A DNA stretch of 56,841 nt from assembly GCA_049315745.1 (NCBI GenBank), contig JBMOJO010000001.1, positions 1 to 56,841 of the forward strand. The letters run 5' to 3'. Position numbers and translations under genes: made by a program. The DNA comes from Saprospiraceae bacterium. Lineage in GTDB: Bacteria > Bacteroidota > Bacteroidia > Chitinophagales > Saprospiraceae. Positions 37,246-45,919 of the stretch are shown here, piece by piece (within the stretch, counting starts at the first letter, position 1; the number at the start of each line of letters is the position of its first letter). A model generated the notes under the pieces. The model was not told the origin of the DNA, searched no databases, and saw only the letters and a list, made by a program, of their open reading frames with translations.

Positions 37246-39294
37246 TTATCCGGCGGGGCTTTCGTCAAACCATTCGCCGATGGTATCCAGCATTTGAGGT
37301 TCCACGAGGTTAGGCATTGTAATTTTCAGTGCGGGGTTGGCTTCCATGGCGATTGCTGCACTTTGCATTGCGCCGGGATTTCTGGCCCAGCTTCGCCTTG
37401 CGATGCCATTGTTGACGTCCCAGAACAGCATGCTTTCCAACCTTCGCCGGGCTGCAGGGCTTCCATCGAGCAGCATACCGAAGCCACCGTTAATGACTTC
37501 GCCCCACCCGACGCCCCCGCCATTGTGCAGGGATACCCAGGTAGCACCGCGAAAGGCATCTCCGATCACGTTCTGTACCGCCATATCTGCAGTAAAACGG
37601 GAACCGTCGTAAATGTTGGCCGTTTCGCGGTAGGGAGAATCGGTTCCAGAGACGTCGTGGTGGTCGCGCCCCAGGATAATTGGGCCTTTCAGCGTGCCTT
37701 CTGCGATTGCATGGTTAAAGGCAGTGGCAATATTAATCCTGCCCTGCGCGTCGGCATATAAAATACGGGCGAGCGAGCCGACGACGGGGATATTCTCCTC
37801 GGCGTGCCTTATCCAGTGGAGGTTGTCTTCCAGTTGCCGCATCGTATCTGGGTGCGCATTTTCGCGCATAGCGCCCAGGACTTCTGCAGCGATCCTGTCG
37901 CTTTCGCGCAGGTCTTCGGGATTTCCGGAAGCACAGACCCAACGGAAAGGCCCAAAACCATAGTCGAAGCAAACCGGCCCCATAATATCCTCTACATAAG
38001 ACGGATACCGGTATTGTTGTTGCTGCCGGTCTTTCCAGATATCTGCGCCGCAGTTTCCTGCTTCCAGCAAAAAGGCATTGCCGTAATCCCAAAAATACAT
38101 TCCCCTGTCGGCCATGGCATTGACGGCACGGACGTGCCGACGAAGCGTGCTGTGTACGGCAGCCATGAACGCGGTTTTGTCCTTGGCAAGAAGTTCCTGT
38201 GCTTCTGCAAAAGTGAAACCGACAGGGCAATAACCCAGATCGTCAATATTGTGGAGGGAAGTCTGGTCGGAGCCAAGTTCGACCCGGACATGCTTTTCTA
38301 CCAGTTTTTCCCAGAGGTCCACGATATTTCCGGGATAGATGAGCGCAACAGCTTTTCGGGTATTTCGGCAATGCTCGATTTCGGCGAGCAGGGTATCGAG
38401 GTCGTGGAAAATATTTTCTGCCTGGATGTATCCATCTTCCAGGCGTTGGCGGATAGCTGCCGGGTCTATTTCTGCAACGACCCCCACGGCGCCGGTGATG
38501 ACGGCGGCGAGGGTTTGGGCGCCGGACATCCCGCCCAGTCCTGAAGTTACGAAGACTTTTCCGCGAAGGTCATTTTCTGCGAGGTGGTTCAGGCGTCCTG
38601 CATTCAGGAGGGTAATCGTTGTGCCGTGGACGATGCCCTGCGGGCCGATATACATAAAAGAGCCCGCCGTCATTTGCCCGTAAGAGGTGACGCCAAGGGC
38701 ATTGTACTTGTTCCAGTCGGCCTTGGCAGAATAGTTGGGGATCATCATACCGTTGGTGACGACTACCCTTGGGGCGTCCGAATGGGAGGGGAACAAGCCC
38801 AGCGGGTGGCCGGAATAGAGGGCGAGCGTTTGCTCGTCGGTCATTTCGGCGAGATATTTCATCGTGAGGCGGTACTGGGCCCAGTTTTGGAATACCGCAC
38901 CGTTTCCGCCATAGGTGATCAGCTCGTCCGGGTATTTGGCGATTTTCGGGTCGAGGTTGTTCTGGATCATGAGCATGATCGCCGCTGCCTGTCGGGAGCG
39001 TGTGGGATAATCCTGGATTGGGCGGGCGAACATGGGATAATCCGGTTTGAACCGGTACATATAGATACGGCCGTAGGCTTCGAGTTCCTGCGTAAATTCA
39101 GCAGCCAGAACGGCATGGTGCCTGGGATGAAAATACCTTAGGGCATTGCGGACGGCGAGGATCTTATCTGCTTTTGACAAAATGCCGTTGATATTGCGTA
39201 AGGGGGCATGGCTGTATGCCGGATCGCGGCGCCCTTCGGAGCGGGGAAGTTCATCGGGAATCCCTTCCAGGATTGCATCTTTAAATAATTTCAT
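37246..39294 (-). CDS. hutU: Urocanate hydratase (long form)
   Basis: RYFHPRHHAVLAAEF, TSGLGGMSGAQ, FWDYGNAF and GVGWGEV motifs. 682 aa. Confidence 0.92.
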   Translation of the reverse strand: MKLFKDAILEGIPDELPRSEGRRDPAYSHAPLRNINGILSKADKILAVRNALRYFHPRHHAVLAAEFTQELEAYGRIYMYRFKPDYPMFARPIQDYPTRSRQAAAIMLMIQNNLDPKIAKYPDELITYGGNGAVFQNWAQYRLTMKYLAEMTDEQTLALYSGHPLGLFPSHSDAPRVVVTNGMMIPNYSAKADWNKYNALGVTSYGQMTAGSFMYIGPQGIVHGTTITLLNAGRLNHLAENDLRGKVFVTSGLGGMSGAQTLAAVITGAVGVVAEIDPAAIRQRLEDGYIQAENIFHDLDTLLAEIEHCRNTRKAVALIYPGNIVDLWEKLVEKHVRVELGSDQTSLHNIDDLGYCPVGFTFAEAQELLAKDKTAFMAAVHSTLRRHVRAVNAMADRGMYFWDYGNAFLLEAGNCGADIWKDRQQQQYRYPSYVEDIMGPVCFDYGFGPFRWVCASGNPEDLRESDRIAAEVLGAMRENAHPDTMRQLEDNLHWIRHAEENIPVVGSLARILYADAQGRINIATAFNHAIAEGTLKGPIILGRDHHDVSGTDSPYRETANIYDGSRFTADMAVQNVIGDAFRGATWVSLHNGGGVGWGEVINGGFGMLLDGSPAARRRLESMLFWDVNNGIARRSWARNPGAMQSAAIAMEANPALKITMPNLVEPQMLDTIGEWFDESPAG

Positions 39295-39316
39295 AAGGGG
39301 AGAAAGGTCATGCTGT

Positions 39317-40543
39317 TTATTCCCCTGGCCCCAAAAGTTTGAAAGTATCTTTAGTCTGGCGCAGGTATTTTTTGTATATGATGCGGTAGGTCCTGTAGTA
39401 TGTTTGATAGCGTTTTTTTATGGCTTCATAGCTATAGGGGTAGATTGCTGCTGCGCCGGGCACGGCACCCGATGCAGGCCCTTGTGTGGATTTATTGGAG
39501 GCCGGTGCCGCAATCTTTTCGGGCTTTCTTACTACCTGCGGGGGCTGGAGTTGTATCGGAGGGGTATTTTCCAGAAATCCTTGTTCCGCCATCCAATCGT
39601 CGTTGTAAACTTTTCCGAGGTATCGGGACCCATGGTCGGGAAACAGCGCTACCACGACATCGCCTGTCGCGAAGCAGTCCCGGAGCTGGAATACGGCCTG
39701 CAGGGCGGAACCACTGGAATAACCGAGCATCAGGCCTTCTTTTTTCGCCATTTCCCTTGCCCGCAACGCGCTGTCTTTATCGTTGACCTGGACGAATTCG
39801 TCCACATAATCAATCAGGAGGTTGTCGGGGACGATATTTTTGCCCAATCCTTCGACTTTGTAAGGTTGGATCAGCTCGCGGTCATATTTGCCGGTTTGAA
39901 AAAAGTGGGTAAGGACGGAGCCATAAGCATCAACGGCGATAACTTTTATAGCGGGGTTTTTTTCTTTCAGATATTTGGCGGTACCGGATAGGGATCCGCC
40001 GGTACCTGCGCAACAGACGTAGTGGGTAATTTGGCCCTGCGTTTGTTCCCAGATTTCGGGGCCGGTCGTTTTATAGTGGGCCCCTGCGTTGTCGAGGTTG
40101 AAATTTTGGGCGAGGTAAAACGAATCAGGCGTCTCGCGGGCAATTTGCTCGGCCCGGGAATAATAGGACCGGGGGTCTTCCGGCTCTACATCTACCGGGC
40201 AGACCACGACTTCGGCGCCCATAGACTCCAGCAGGGCAATTTTTTCTTTGGAGGCTTTTGTTGTGAGGGTGAGGATGCACTTATACCCTTTAAGGGCGCT
40301 TACCATTGCGATACTGAACCCTGTATTCCCGGAAGTGGCTTCGACAATGACCCCGCCCGGTTTTAGTTTTCCTTTTCGTTCCGCTTCGCAGATCATGTGG
40401 TAAGCAATCCGGTCTTTTGCGCTATGGCCTGGGTTGAAGGCCTCCACTTTTCCGAAAACGGTAAACGGGAGGTCTGCGCAAATGCGGCTTAACTTGATCA
40501 ATGGCGTTTGGCCGATGGTATCGAGTACGCTCTCCTGGTACAT
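39317..40543 (-). CDS. PLP-dependent cysteine synthase / cystathionine beta-synthase family enzyme with atypical C-terminal tail
   Basis: PLP-lysine motif NPGHSAKDRIA, then ATSGNTGFS and GTGGSLSG. The core is ~305 aa. A ~100-aa Pro/Ala-rich then Tyr/Lys/Arg-rich tail follows. Confidence 0.82.
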   Translation of the reverse strand: MYQESVLDTIGQTPLIKLSRICADLPFTVFGKVEAFNPGHSAKDRIAYHMICEAERKGKLKPGGVIVEATSGNTGFSIAMVSALKGYKCILTLTTKASKEKIALLESMGAEVVVCPVDVEPEDPRSYYSRAEQIARETPDSFYLAQNFNLDNAGAHYKTTGPEIWEQTQGQITHYVCCAGTGGSLSGTAKYLKEKNPAIKVIAVDAYGSVLTHFFQTGKYDRELIQPYKVEGLGKNIVPDNLLIDYVDEFVQVNDKDSALRAREMAKKEGLMLGYSSGSALQAVFQLRDCFATGDVVVALFPDHGSRYLGKVYNDDWMAEQGFLENTPPIQLQPPQVVRKPEKIAAPASNKSTQGPASGAVPGAAAIYPYSYEAIKKRYQTYYRTYRIIYKKYLRQTKDTFKLLGPGE

Positions 40544-40600
40544 AAATCCGAAGCGGTTAAGGTGAATGGGGAATGTCCCGCTAATCTGTTATAATAATAA

Positions 40601-40742
40601 GTATCTATTTATCAGGTCATTGCCCCGGGAAATCATATTTGGTTTTCGTACATTCTGTGTGCGCGTCTGCGCACACAGAATGTACGAAAACCAAATGAAA
40701 TCCTTCGCGGCGAAGCCGCGGATACCACTGGTAAATAGATAC
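40601..40742. mobile_element. MITE-like element, family A copy 2 (142 bp, inverted relative to copy 1; flanked by ATAATAATA-type direct repeats)
   Basis: It has the same TIRs and ~90%-identical flanking modules as 17986-18127. Its internal perfect 28-4-28 palindrome (40637-40696) has an unrelated sequence. It lies 58 nt upstream of the cysteine-synthase-like start codon. Confidence 0.8.
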
Positions 40743-41038
40743 TATAATAATACGTTTGAGCAATCAGCGGTTCAGTTGTTCGGGTAATTTGGAGGGAACT
40801 TAACGACGCAAAGTTAAATTTTTTTTGGAAAAAAGTAGCTTTCCTATCCAATTGCGGGGATTTTCGACGTTTCGGTGGCGTCAGTTATATCCGGTCAAAA
40901 ACGAACGTGGTGCGGGAAAAATACCTAATTTTGCCCTGTTATTTTTGAGCCGCTTGTGTGGCTTTTCAACAGGCCTTATAATTGCAGGGTGCCAGTGAAG
41001 TTTCAACCTACCCGGTACGACGGGTTCAAACCAGCGAT

Positions 41039-41455
41039 ATGAATCGTGGGATTACGCTCAAAGCGCGGCTGATTCTCTATTACAAGGGCAAGATCCTGCT
41101 CCTGAAACAAACCCGCCCGAATGGGGGAAATTACTCGCTGGTCGGAGGGACGGTGGAGCCGGGTGAAACTGCCCGGCAGTCTTTGATCCGGGAAAGTTTT
41201 GAGGAAGCGGGGATTATCCTGCAGGAGAAAGACCTTCGGCTGGTACATGTATTGCATAAAGCCGGAAAGGGTCAGCAGCGGATAATCCTCTATTTTAAGG
41301 CGTACAAATGGGAGGGTAAACTCAAAGCACGCGAGACCCATAAATTTCATGAGGCAGAATGGTTTGATCTCGACCATTTACCCAAGAACCTCACCCAGAC
41401 GGTGCGTAAAATCCTCGACGAATACCGGCACGGAAACCTCTATTCTGAGCAATAG
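41039..41455 (+). CDS. NUDIX hydrolase
   Basis: NUDIX box GGTVEPGETARQSLIRESFEEAGI. The ATG at 41039 is preferred over the TTG at 40982. Confidence 0.85.
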   Translation: MNRGITLKARLILYYKGKILLLKQTRPNGGNYSLVGGTVEPGETARQSLIRESFEEAGIILQEKDLRLVHVLHKAGKGQQRIILYFKAYKWEGKLKARETHKFHEAEWFDLDHLPKNLTQTVRKILDEYRHGNLYSEQ

Positions 41456-41541
41456 CGCAGCGTCTGTCAGACTTGTTGCGACGGATTATGTAGGGGGAAA
41501 AGCGCCATTTTAACCCATAGCCTCCCGTTGCGACAAGTCGT

Positions 41542-43125
41542 CTATTTATTTGCAGAAGTAAAAATCCGGTTCCACCGGACGCCATTTTTAGCAGAGAACC
41601 AGATAAAGAGTGGTTTGCCCACGATATGGGTTTCCGGGATAAAGCCCCAGTATCTGGAATCTTCGGAATTATGGCGGTTATCGCCCATCGCCCAGTAGTA
41701 GTCCAGTTTGAACGTATAGGTATCTGTCTCCTTTCCGTTGATAAAGAACTTATCGGCGCGTTCTTCGAGGGTATTTCCTTCATATACCTGAATGGCACGG
41801 CGGTAGAGGGCGATATTGCTGCTGGAGAGTTTTACGGTAGCCCCCTTTTCAGGGATATAGACGGGCCCATAGTTGTCGAGTTTCCAGGCGCTGAAGTGGG
41901 CGGGGTCGTGGGGGAAGAGGTGGGTTGGTGAAGAGTAGAGATCGGAGTAGGGGAATTTTTCCACAACGATTTGCGGGTCCATTTCTTTGATACGGCGGAC
42001 TTGCTCCTGGGTCAGGACGATGAGCATTTTATTGCCGGCATTTTCGCGGACGTCTTCGGCGGAGATCCCCCATTCGGGGAAGTTGCGTGTATTAATTGGG
42101 CCATTGGGGTTGGAGATGGTGTAGAAATGTTGCAGGAACCTGGATTGTGGGGCCTTTTTACCATTAATATATACGACTTGGTTGCGCAATTCGATAGAAT
42201 CCCCTGGGGTGCCAATACAGCGTTTGATGTAATGGTCCATTTTATCCATGGGGCGGACGGTGAGCGGTTTTTGCCCGCTCTGCACAGAAGCGTTCACGAG
42301 GGGGTCGGCGATGCCCCTGCGGTAATCGTAAATACTCCAGGTACGTCCGGGAAATACATAGACGCTGTCTCCTTCCGGGTAGTTGAAGACGATAGGGTCG
42401 TTGCGCTTAATTTTTTCGAGCGGTTTGAGGCGGTTGTAAGCCAGTTGGGGTTTTGTGAGGTAAGATTCCCGCCCCAGCAGCGGGATGCGGTTGTGGAGCA
42501 AGGGGATCATTGCAACTGTTTGGGGCATCCGGATGCCATAGTGTGCTTTGCTTACGAAGAGGAAATCCCCCACCAGCAAAGAGTCTTCCATGGAAGGTGT
42601 CGGGATGACGTATGCTTCGATGAGGAACATACGGATGAAAGCGGCTGCGAACACGGCGAAGATAATGGCCTCTGCCCATTCCCGCAGCCCGCTTTTAACA
42701 AACTGCGGATTATCCTGGAGCAATTTGGCCACGGCGCGTTCGTTGCCGGATGCTTCCTGCAGTTGCCGGCGGAAACTGCGCTCATTTTCAAGTATAGGTC
42801 CCTGATATTTGTCTGTTTTGTTCAGCCCAAGGAATGCGAAATAGGCCGGGGCAAAGAGTACTGCCACGACGCTTTCCCAGAAAGTATGTTTCCCGAAAGA
42901 CCGGGCCGCGTCCACGGCGAGGCCGGCATAGATGAAGATATTCACAATTGGGAAGAGCAGCCAGAGCGCGTGCAGGGGCTCCCGCCCTACCAGGCGGCAC
43001 CATACGGCGAGGTTCAGGCCGGGCACGACGGCTTTCCATGGGGCCTGGCCTGCTTTTATGAACAAGGGCACGAGGCTGATACTCAAAACTGCATAGGCAA
43101 GCAGTATGGAGGTCCAAAAATTCAT
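41542..43125 (-). CDS. lepB: Signal peptidase I (long Bacteroidota type)
   Basis: IPTPSMEDSLLVGDFLFVSK (catalytic Ser box), YIKRCIGTPGD and GDNRHNSEDSRYWGFIP boxes. The N-terminal multi-helix extension is typical of the long form. Confidence 0.9.
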   Translation of the reverse strand: MNFWTSILLAYAVLSISLVPLFIKAGQAPWKAVVPGLNLAVWCRLVGREPLHALWLLFPIVNIFIYAGLAVDAARSFGKHTFWESVVAVLFAPAYFAFLGLNKTDKYQGPILENERSFRRQLQEASGNERAVAKLLQDNPQFVKSGLREWAEAIIFAVFAAAFIRMFLIEAYVIPTPSMEDSLLVGDFLFVSKAHYGIRMPQTVAMIPLLHNRIPLLGRESYLTKPQLAYNRLKPLEKIKRNDPIVFNYPEGDSVYVFPGRTWSIYDYRRGIADPLVNASVQSGQKPLTVRPMDKMDHYIKRCIGTPGDSIELRNQVVYINGKKAPQSRFLQHFYTISNPNGPINTRNFPEWGISAEDVRENAGNKMLIVLTQEQVRRIKEMDPQIVVEKFPYSDLYSSPTHLFPHDPAHFSAWKLDNYGPVYIPEKGATVKLSSSNIALYRRAIQVYEGNTLEERADKFFINGKETDTYTFKLDYYWAMGDNRHNSEDSRYWGFIPETHIVGKPLFIWFSAKNGVRWNRIFTSANK

Positions 43126-43381
43126 AGCGGATAGTTTATTTTTCTTACATTGCCGGTAAGGCCTGCTAATTCAGCTAAATCTCAAGCGGGCATAAAGATA
43201 AGCTGCAACTTTGAGATTATGGCAGGAATGCCGCGATCTAAAATTAATTTGACCGCAGGATGGCAGCGGAAGTCGCGTTGTTGTGTCCGGCGGGAAAGTA
43301 TGATTACACAACCGGGGGGCAGTGGGGGTGCATAGCGGAGGGCGATTTGTGCAGGGGCAATCCGCTTTGCAGCAACCCCCC

Positions 43382-43837
43382 TTATTTTTCGGCATCGAGG
43401 ATATCCCAGGTATGGTCGGACAGCATCCTCACAGAAGCGATAAAGTGCATAGGCGGCTTTGGGCCCCATTCCTTTGGCCCGATCATGGAGAGGATCTTTT
43501 GGCCATTATCGCGTTCGTAGAGGTGGTAGGTGAACCCGATCAGGGGCTCAAAGCCCATTTCGGCCAGATAAATCTGCTCGGAGATCGACACCCGTTCTTT
43601 GATTTTGCCGGCTTGTCGCGCCAGGAGTTCGATTTGCGCACGGATCTGATCCAACTGCATTTCCGTTTGCTGGTACATGGCTTCCACCGCACGCCCTTTT
43701 ATTTTTCCTTTGTCCAGGGGCTGGATGAGGGCACCTCCTACACTATGGGCATAGGGCAGGAGGTGAGGGTTCCCGGCAACTTTGTCCGGGTCGATGGGGT
43801 TGACGAACTCCCCCTGGGTAGATGCGTTGTTGTCCAT
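43382..43837 (-). CDS. Conserved hypothetical protein (DUF2452-like by recollection)
   Basis: Clean 151-aa ORF with no recognisable catalytic motif. The family assignment comes from memory of similar Bacteroidota proteins and is tentative. Confidence 0.5.
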   Translation of the reverse strand: MDNNASTQGEFVNPIDPDKVAGNPHLLPYAHSVGGALIQPLDKGKIKGRAVEAMYQQTEMQLDQIRAQIELLARQAGKIKERVSISEQIYLAEMGFEPLIGFTYHLYERDNGQKILSMIGPKEWGPKPPMHFIASVRMLSDHTWDILDAEK

Positions 43838-43929
43838 AGCATTGCATTAGCCCATATCAACACGGGACGACCTGTTTTGTTGTAGTAAACGTCGGATAAA
43901 GCCCACTGGCGGTTGTGGGCGGCCGGCAT

Positions 43930-44916
43930 TTAGTTCAGGGAAAACGAGGAGCTGCCGGCGAGGAAACCCTTATTATAGACCTCTACCTTGTAGGTGCCCT
44001 TTTGGAAAACCGCTCCGGTTTTGAGGTTGGTACAAACCTGGGCGGCATTATTTTGGTAGTTGGTCTCTTTAGAGTGGGAGTAGCGGAGCTGGTCGCCATT
44101 TGAATTATTGACAAAGGCACCGGAATCCATTTCGCCGGAAGTAACCGTCTCGCCATTGGGTTTGATTACCCGGATGAGGAAGAGTTCCTGGCCAGGATCG
44201 GCAATTTCATTCGGCGTGGTATTGAAGCAGACGTCCAGACCGAGGGCATTTTTGGCTTTACGTGTTTTCTTTGCTTTCTCGTCTGTAGCGGTAATAGAGA
44301 AGCTGCCGACCTTGACGACGGAGGCGACATTCACTTTGCGGGAGAGGTTTTCGCGGGTTTTTTCCAGTTCCTGTTTTTCGTTGAGCAGCTGGGATTGGGA
44401 GGCGCTTAGCTGCTGGTTGCTCTGACGCTCGGATTCGAGGTTGGAGGTCAACTGTTCGTTTTGGTTGGAGAGCTCCGAGTTCTGGCTGTTCAGCAGTTCG
44501 TTTTGCTGACGGAGCTGGTTGATTTCGGCCAGGTATTGCTGTAACTGGGTGTTGAGGTTTTGGATTTGGAGGCGTGCTTTGGAAAGTTCGCCCTTATTGC
44601 GCAGGAGGGATTCAATTTGGCGTTTTTGCGCTGTCAGTTCCTTTTCTTTTTGGGTGATGAGGTCATTGAGTTCTGTATTGCTGCCGCGCAGGTTGTCCAG
44701 CTCGGTCAAAGCCTGATAGTACTGTTTTTCGAGTTCTGCGCGGAGTTTTTCCGTTTCGTCCACTTTTTCGTTCAGCGCGGTATTTTCTTGGCTTTGTTTG
44801 CTTTTATTGACCCAAAGGTACACATTGAGGGCCAGTAAAGCGACGATAATGAAGGCTGCTACGGTGAGCAGGGTATTTTGTTGGCTGTTGCCGGAATTTT
44901 TTGTGATATTTGACAT
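43930..44916 (-). CDS. Membrane-anchored coiled-coil protein with C-terminal beta-rich domain
   Basis: The start at MSNITKNSG... is preferred. One TM helix (LLTVAAFIIVALLALNVYLWV), ~170 aa of Q/E/L/N-rich heptad-like coiled coil, then a ~130-aa globular C-terminus. Confidence 0.6.
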   Translation of the reverse strand: MSNITKNSGNSQQNTLLTVAAFIIVALLALNVYLWVNKSKQSQENTALNEKVDETEKLRAELEKQYYQALTELDNLRGSNTELNDLITQKEKELTAQKRQIESLLRNKGELSKARLQIQNLNTQLQQYLAEINQLRQQNELLNSQNSELSNQNEQLTSNLESERQSNQQLSASQSQLLNEKQELEKTRENLSRKVNVASVVKVGSFSITATDEKAKKTRKAKNALGLDVCFNTTPNEIADPGQELFLIRVIKPNGETVTSGEMDSGAFVNNSNGDQLRYSHSKETNYQNNAAQVCTNLKTGAVFQKGTYKVEVYNKGFLAGSSSFSLN

Positions 44917-45146
44917 GGTATTTTGTTTAAAATAAGCATAGCTGTAACGTTCTGTTGGCGGTTTAAATTGTTTACTGCCTGGGCTTTTTCTTTGCCGGGG
45001 CAAAAACCGCTTTACTGGGGGATCAGGTCGGGCCAAAGGCAGTGCTTTGTCCGGGCCGTGCGGCCCGGTACAACGCTTCGGCTGCTTTGTGCGGCGGAGC
45101 AACAATTCAGCCGAATTTGGCGATTTAATGTATAAACCCTTTTATT

Positions 45147-45902
45147 ATGGAACAAGTTGATTTGACCAAGGTCCTTTTTCTGGACATTGAAACCGTCTCG
45201 GCATATCGGACCTTCGGGGAGCAGCCGGAATATTTCCAGGAGCTGTGGAGGCACCGCAGCCGTCAATGGGCCCAAGCGGCAGATTCGCCGGAGGAAGACG
45301 CGGCAGCCGCGTTGTATCGGGAGAAGGCGGGCATTTTTGCGGAATTTGGAAAAATCGTATGTATATCGGTGGGGGTTTTGGTGGAGGGGAAAAATGGAGA
45401 AGGGCTTCAGGTGCGGCTAAAATCGTTTGCCGGGGACGACGAGGCCGCTTTGCTGCGGGATTTTTGTGCCCTGCTTAATGAGCGCTATCCGAACCCGCGG
45501 GAGCATTACCTTTGCGGGCACAACATCAGGGAGTTTGATATTCCTTACCTCTGCCGCAGGATGGTGGTCCACCAGTTGCCTTTTCCTGCATTGATGGACC
45601 TCTCAGGGAAAAAACCCTGGGAAACCCTGCATCTGCTGGATACTATGGAATACTGGAAATTTGGGGATAAAAAGAGCTATACTTCGCTCAAGCTGCTTGC
45701 CGCACTATTGGATTTTCCATCGCCCAAGGACGATATTGACGGCAGCCAGGTTGGCCGGGTGTATTATGAGGAAAACGACTTGCCGCGGATTTCTTTTTAT
45801 TGTGAAAAAGATGTACTTGCCACCATCCAGTTAACGCTGCGTTTTCGCAGGATGCCCGTTCTGGAAAGCGGGCAGGTGACCCATGTGGGGAGGGACGAGT
45901 AG
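45147..45902 (+). CDS. Predicted 3'-5' exonuclease (PolB-exonuclease-like, RNase H fold)
   Basis: DEDD-type motifs: VLFLDIETVS (ExoI), GHNIREFDIPYL (ExoII), YCEKDVLAT (ExoIII). Confidence 0.75.
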   Translation: MEQVDLTKVLFLDIETVSAYRTFGEQPEYFQELWRHRSRQWAQAADSPEEDAAAALYREKAGIFAEFGKIVCISVGVLVEGKNGEGLQVRLKSFAGDDEAALLRDFCALLNERYPNPREHYLCGHNIREFDIPYLCRRMVVHQLPFPALMDLSGKKPWETLHLLDTMEYWKFGDKKSYTSLKLLAALLDFPSPKDDIDGSQVGRVYYEENDLPRISFYCEKDVLATIQLTLRFRRMPVLESGQVTHVGRDE

Positions 45903-45919
45903 CCATTTACCTGCAGATA

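Noticed and set aside
37009-39991. Series of 185-281-aa plus-strand ORFs overlapping hutU and the cysteine-synthase-like gene
   Set aside because: All are antisense to genes with strong family motifs. No motifs of their own.
41971-43134. 387-aa ORF antisense to signal peptidase I
   Set aside because: Shadow ORF opposite a gene with clear LepB catalytic boxes. No recognisable features of its own.
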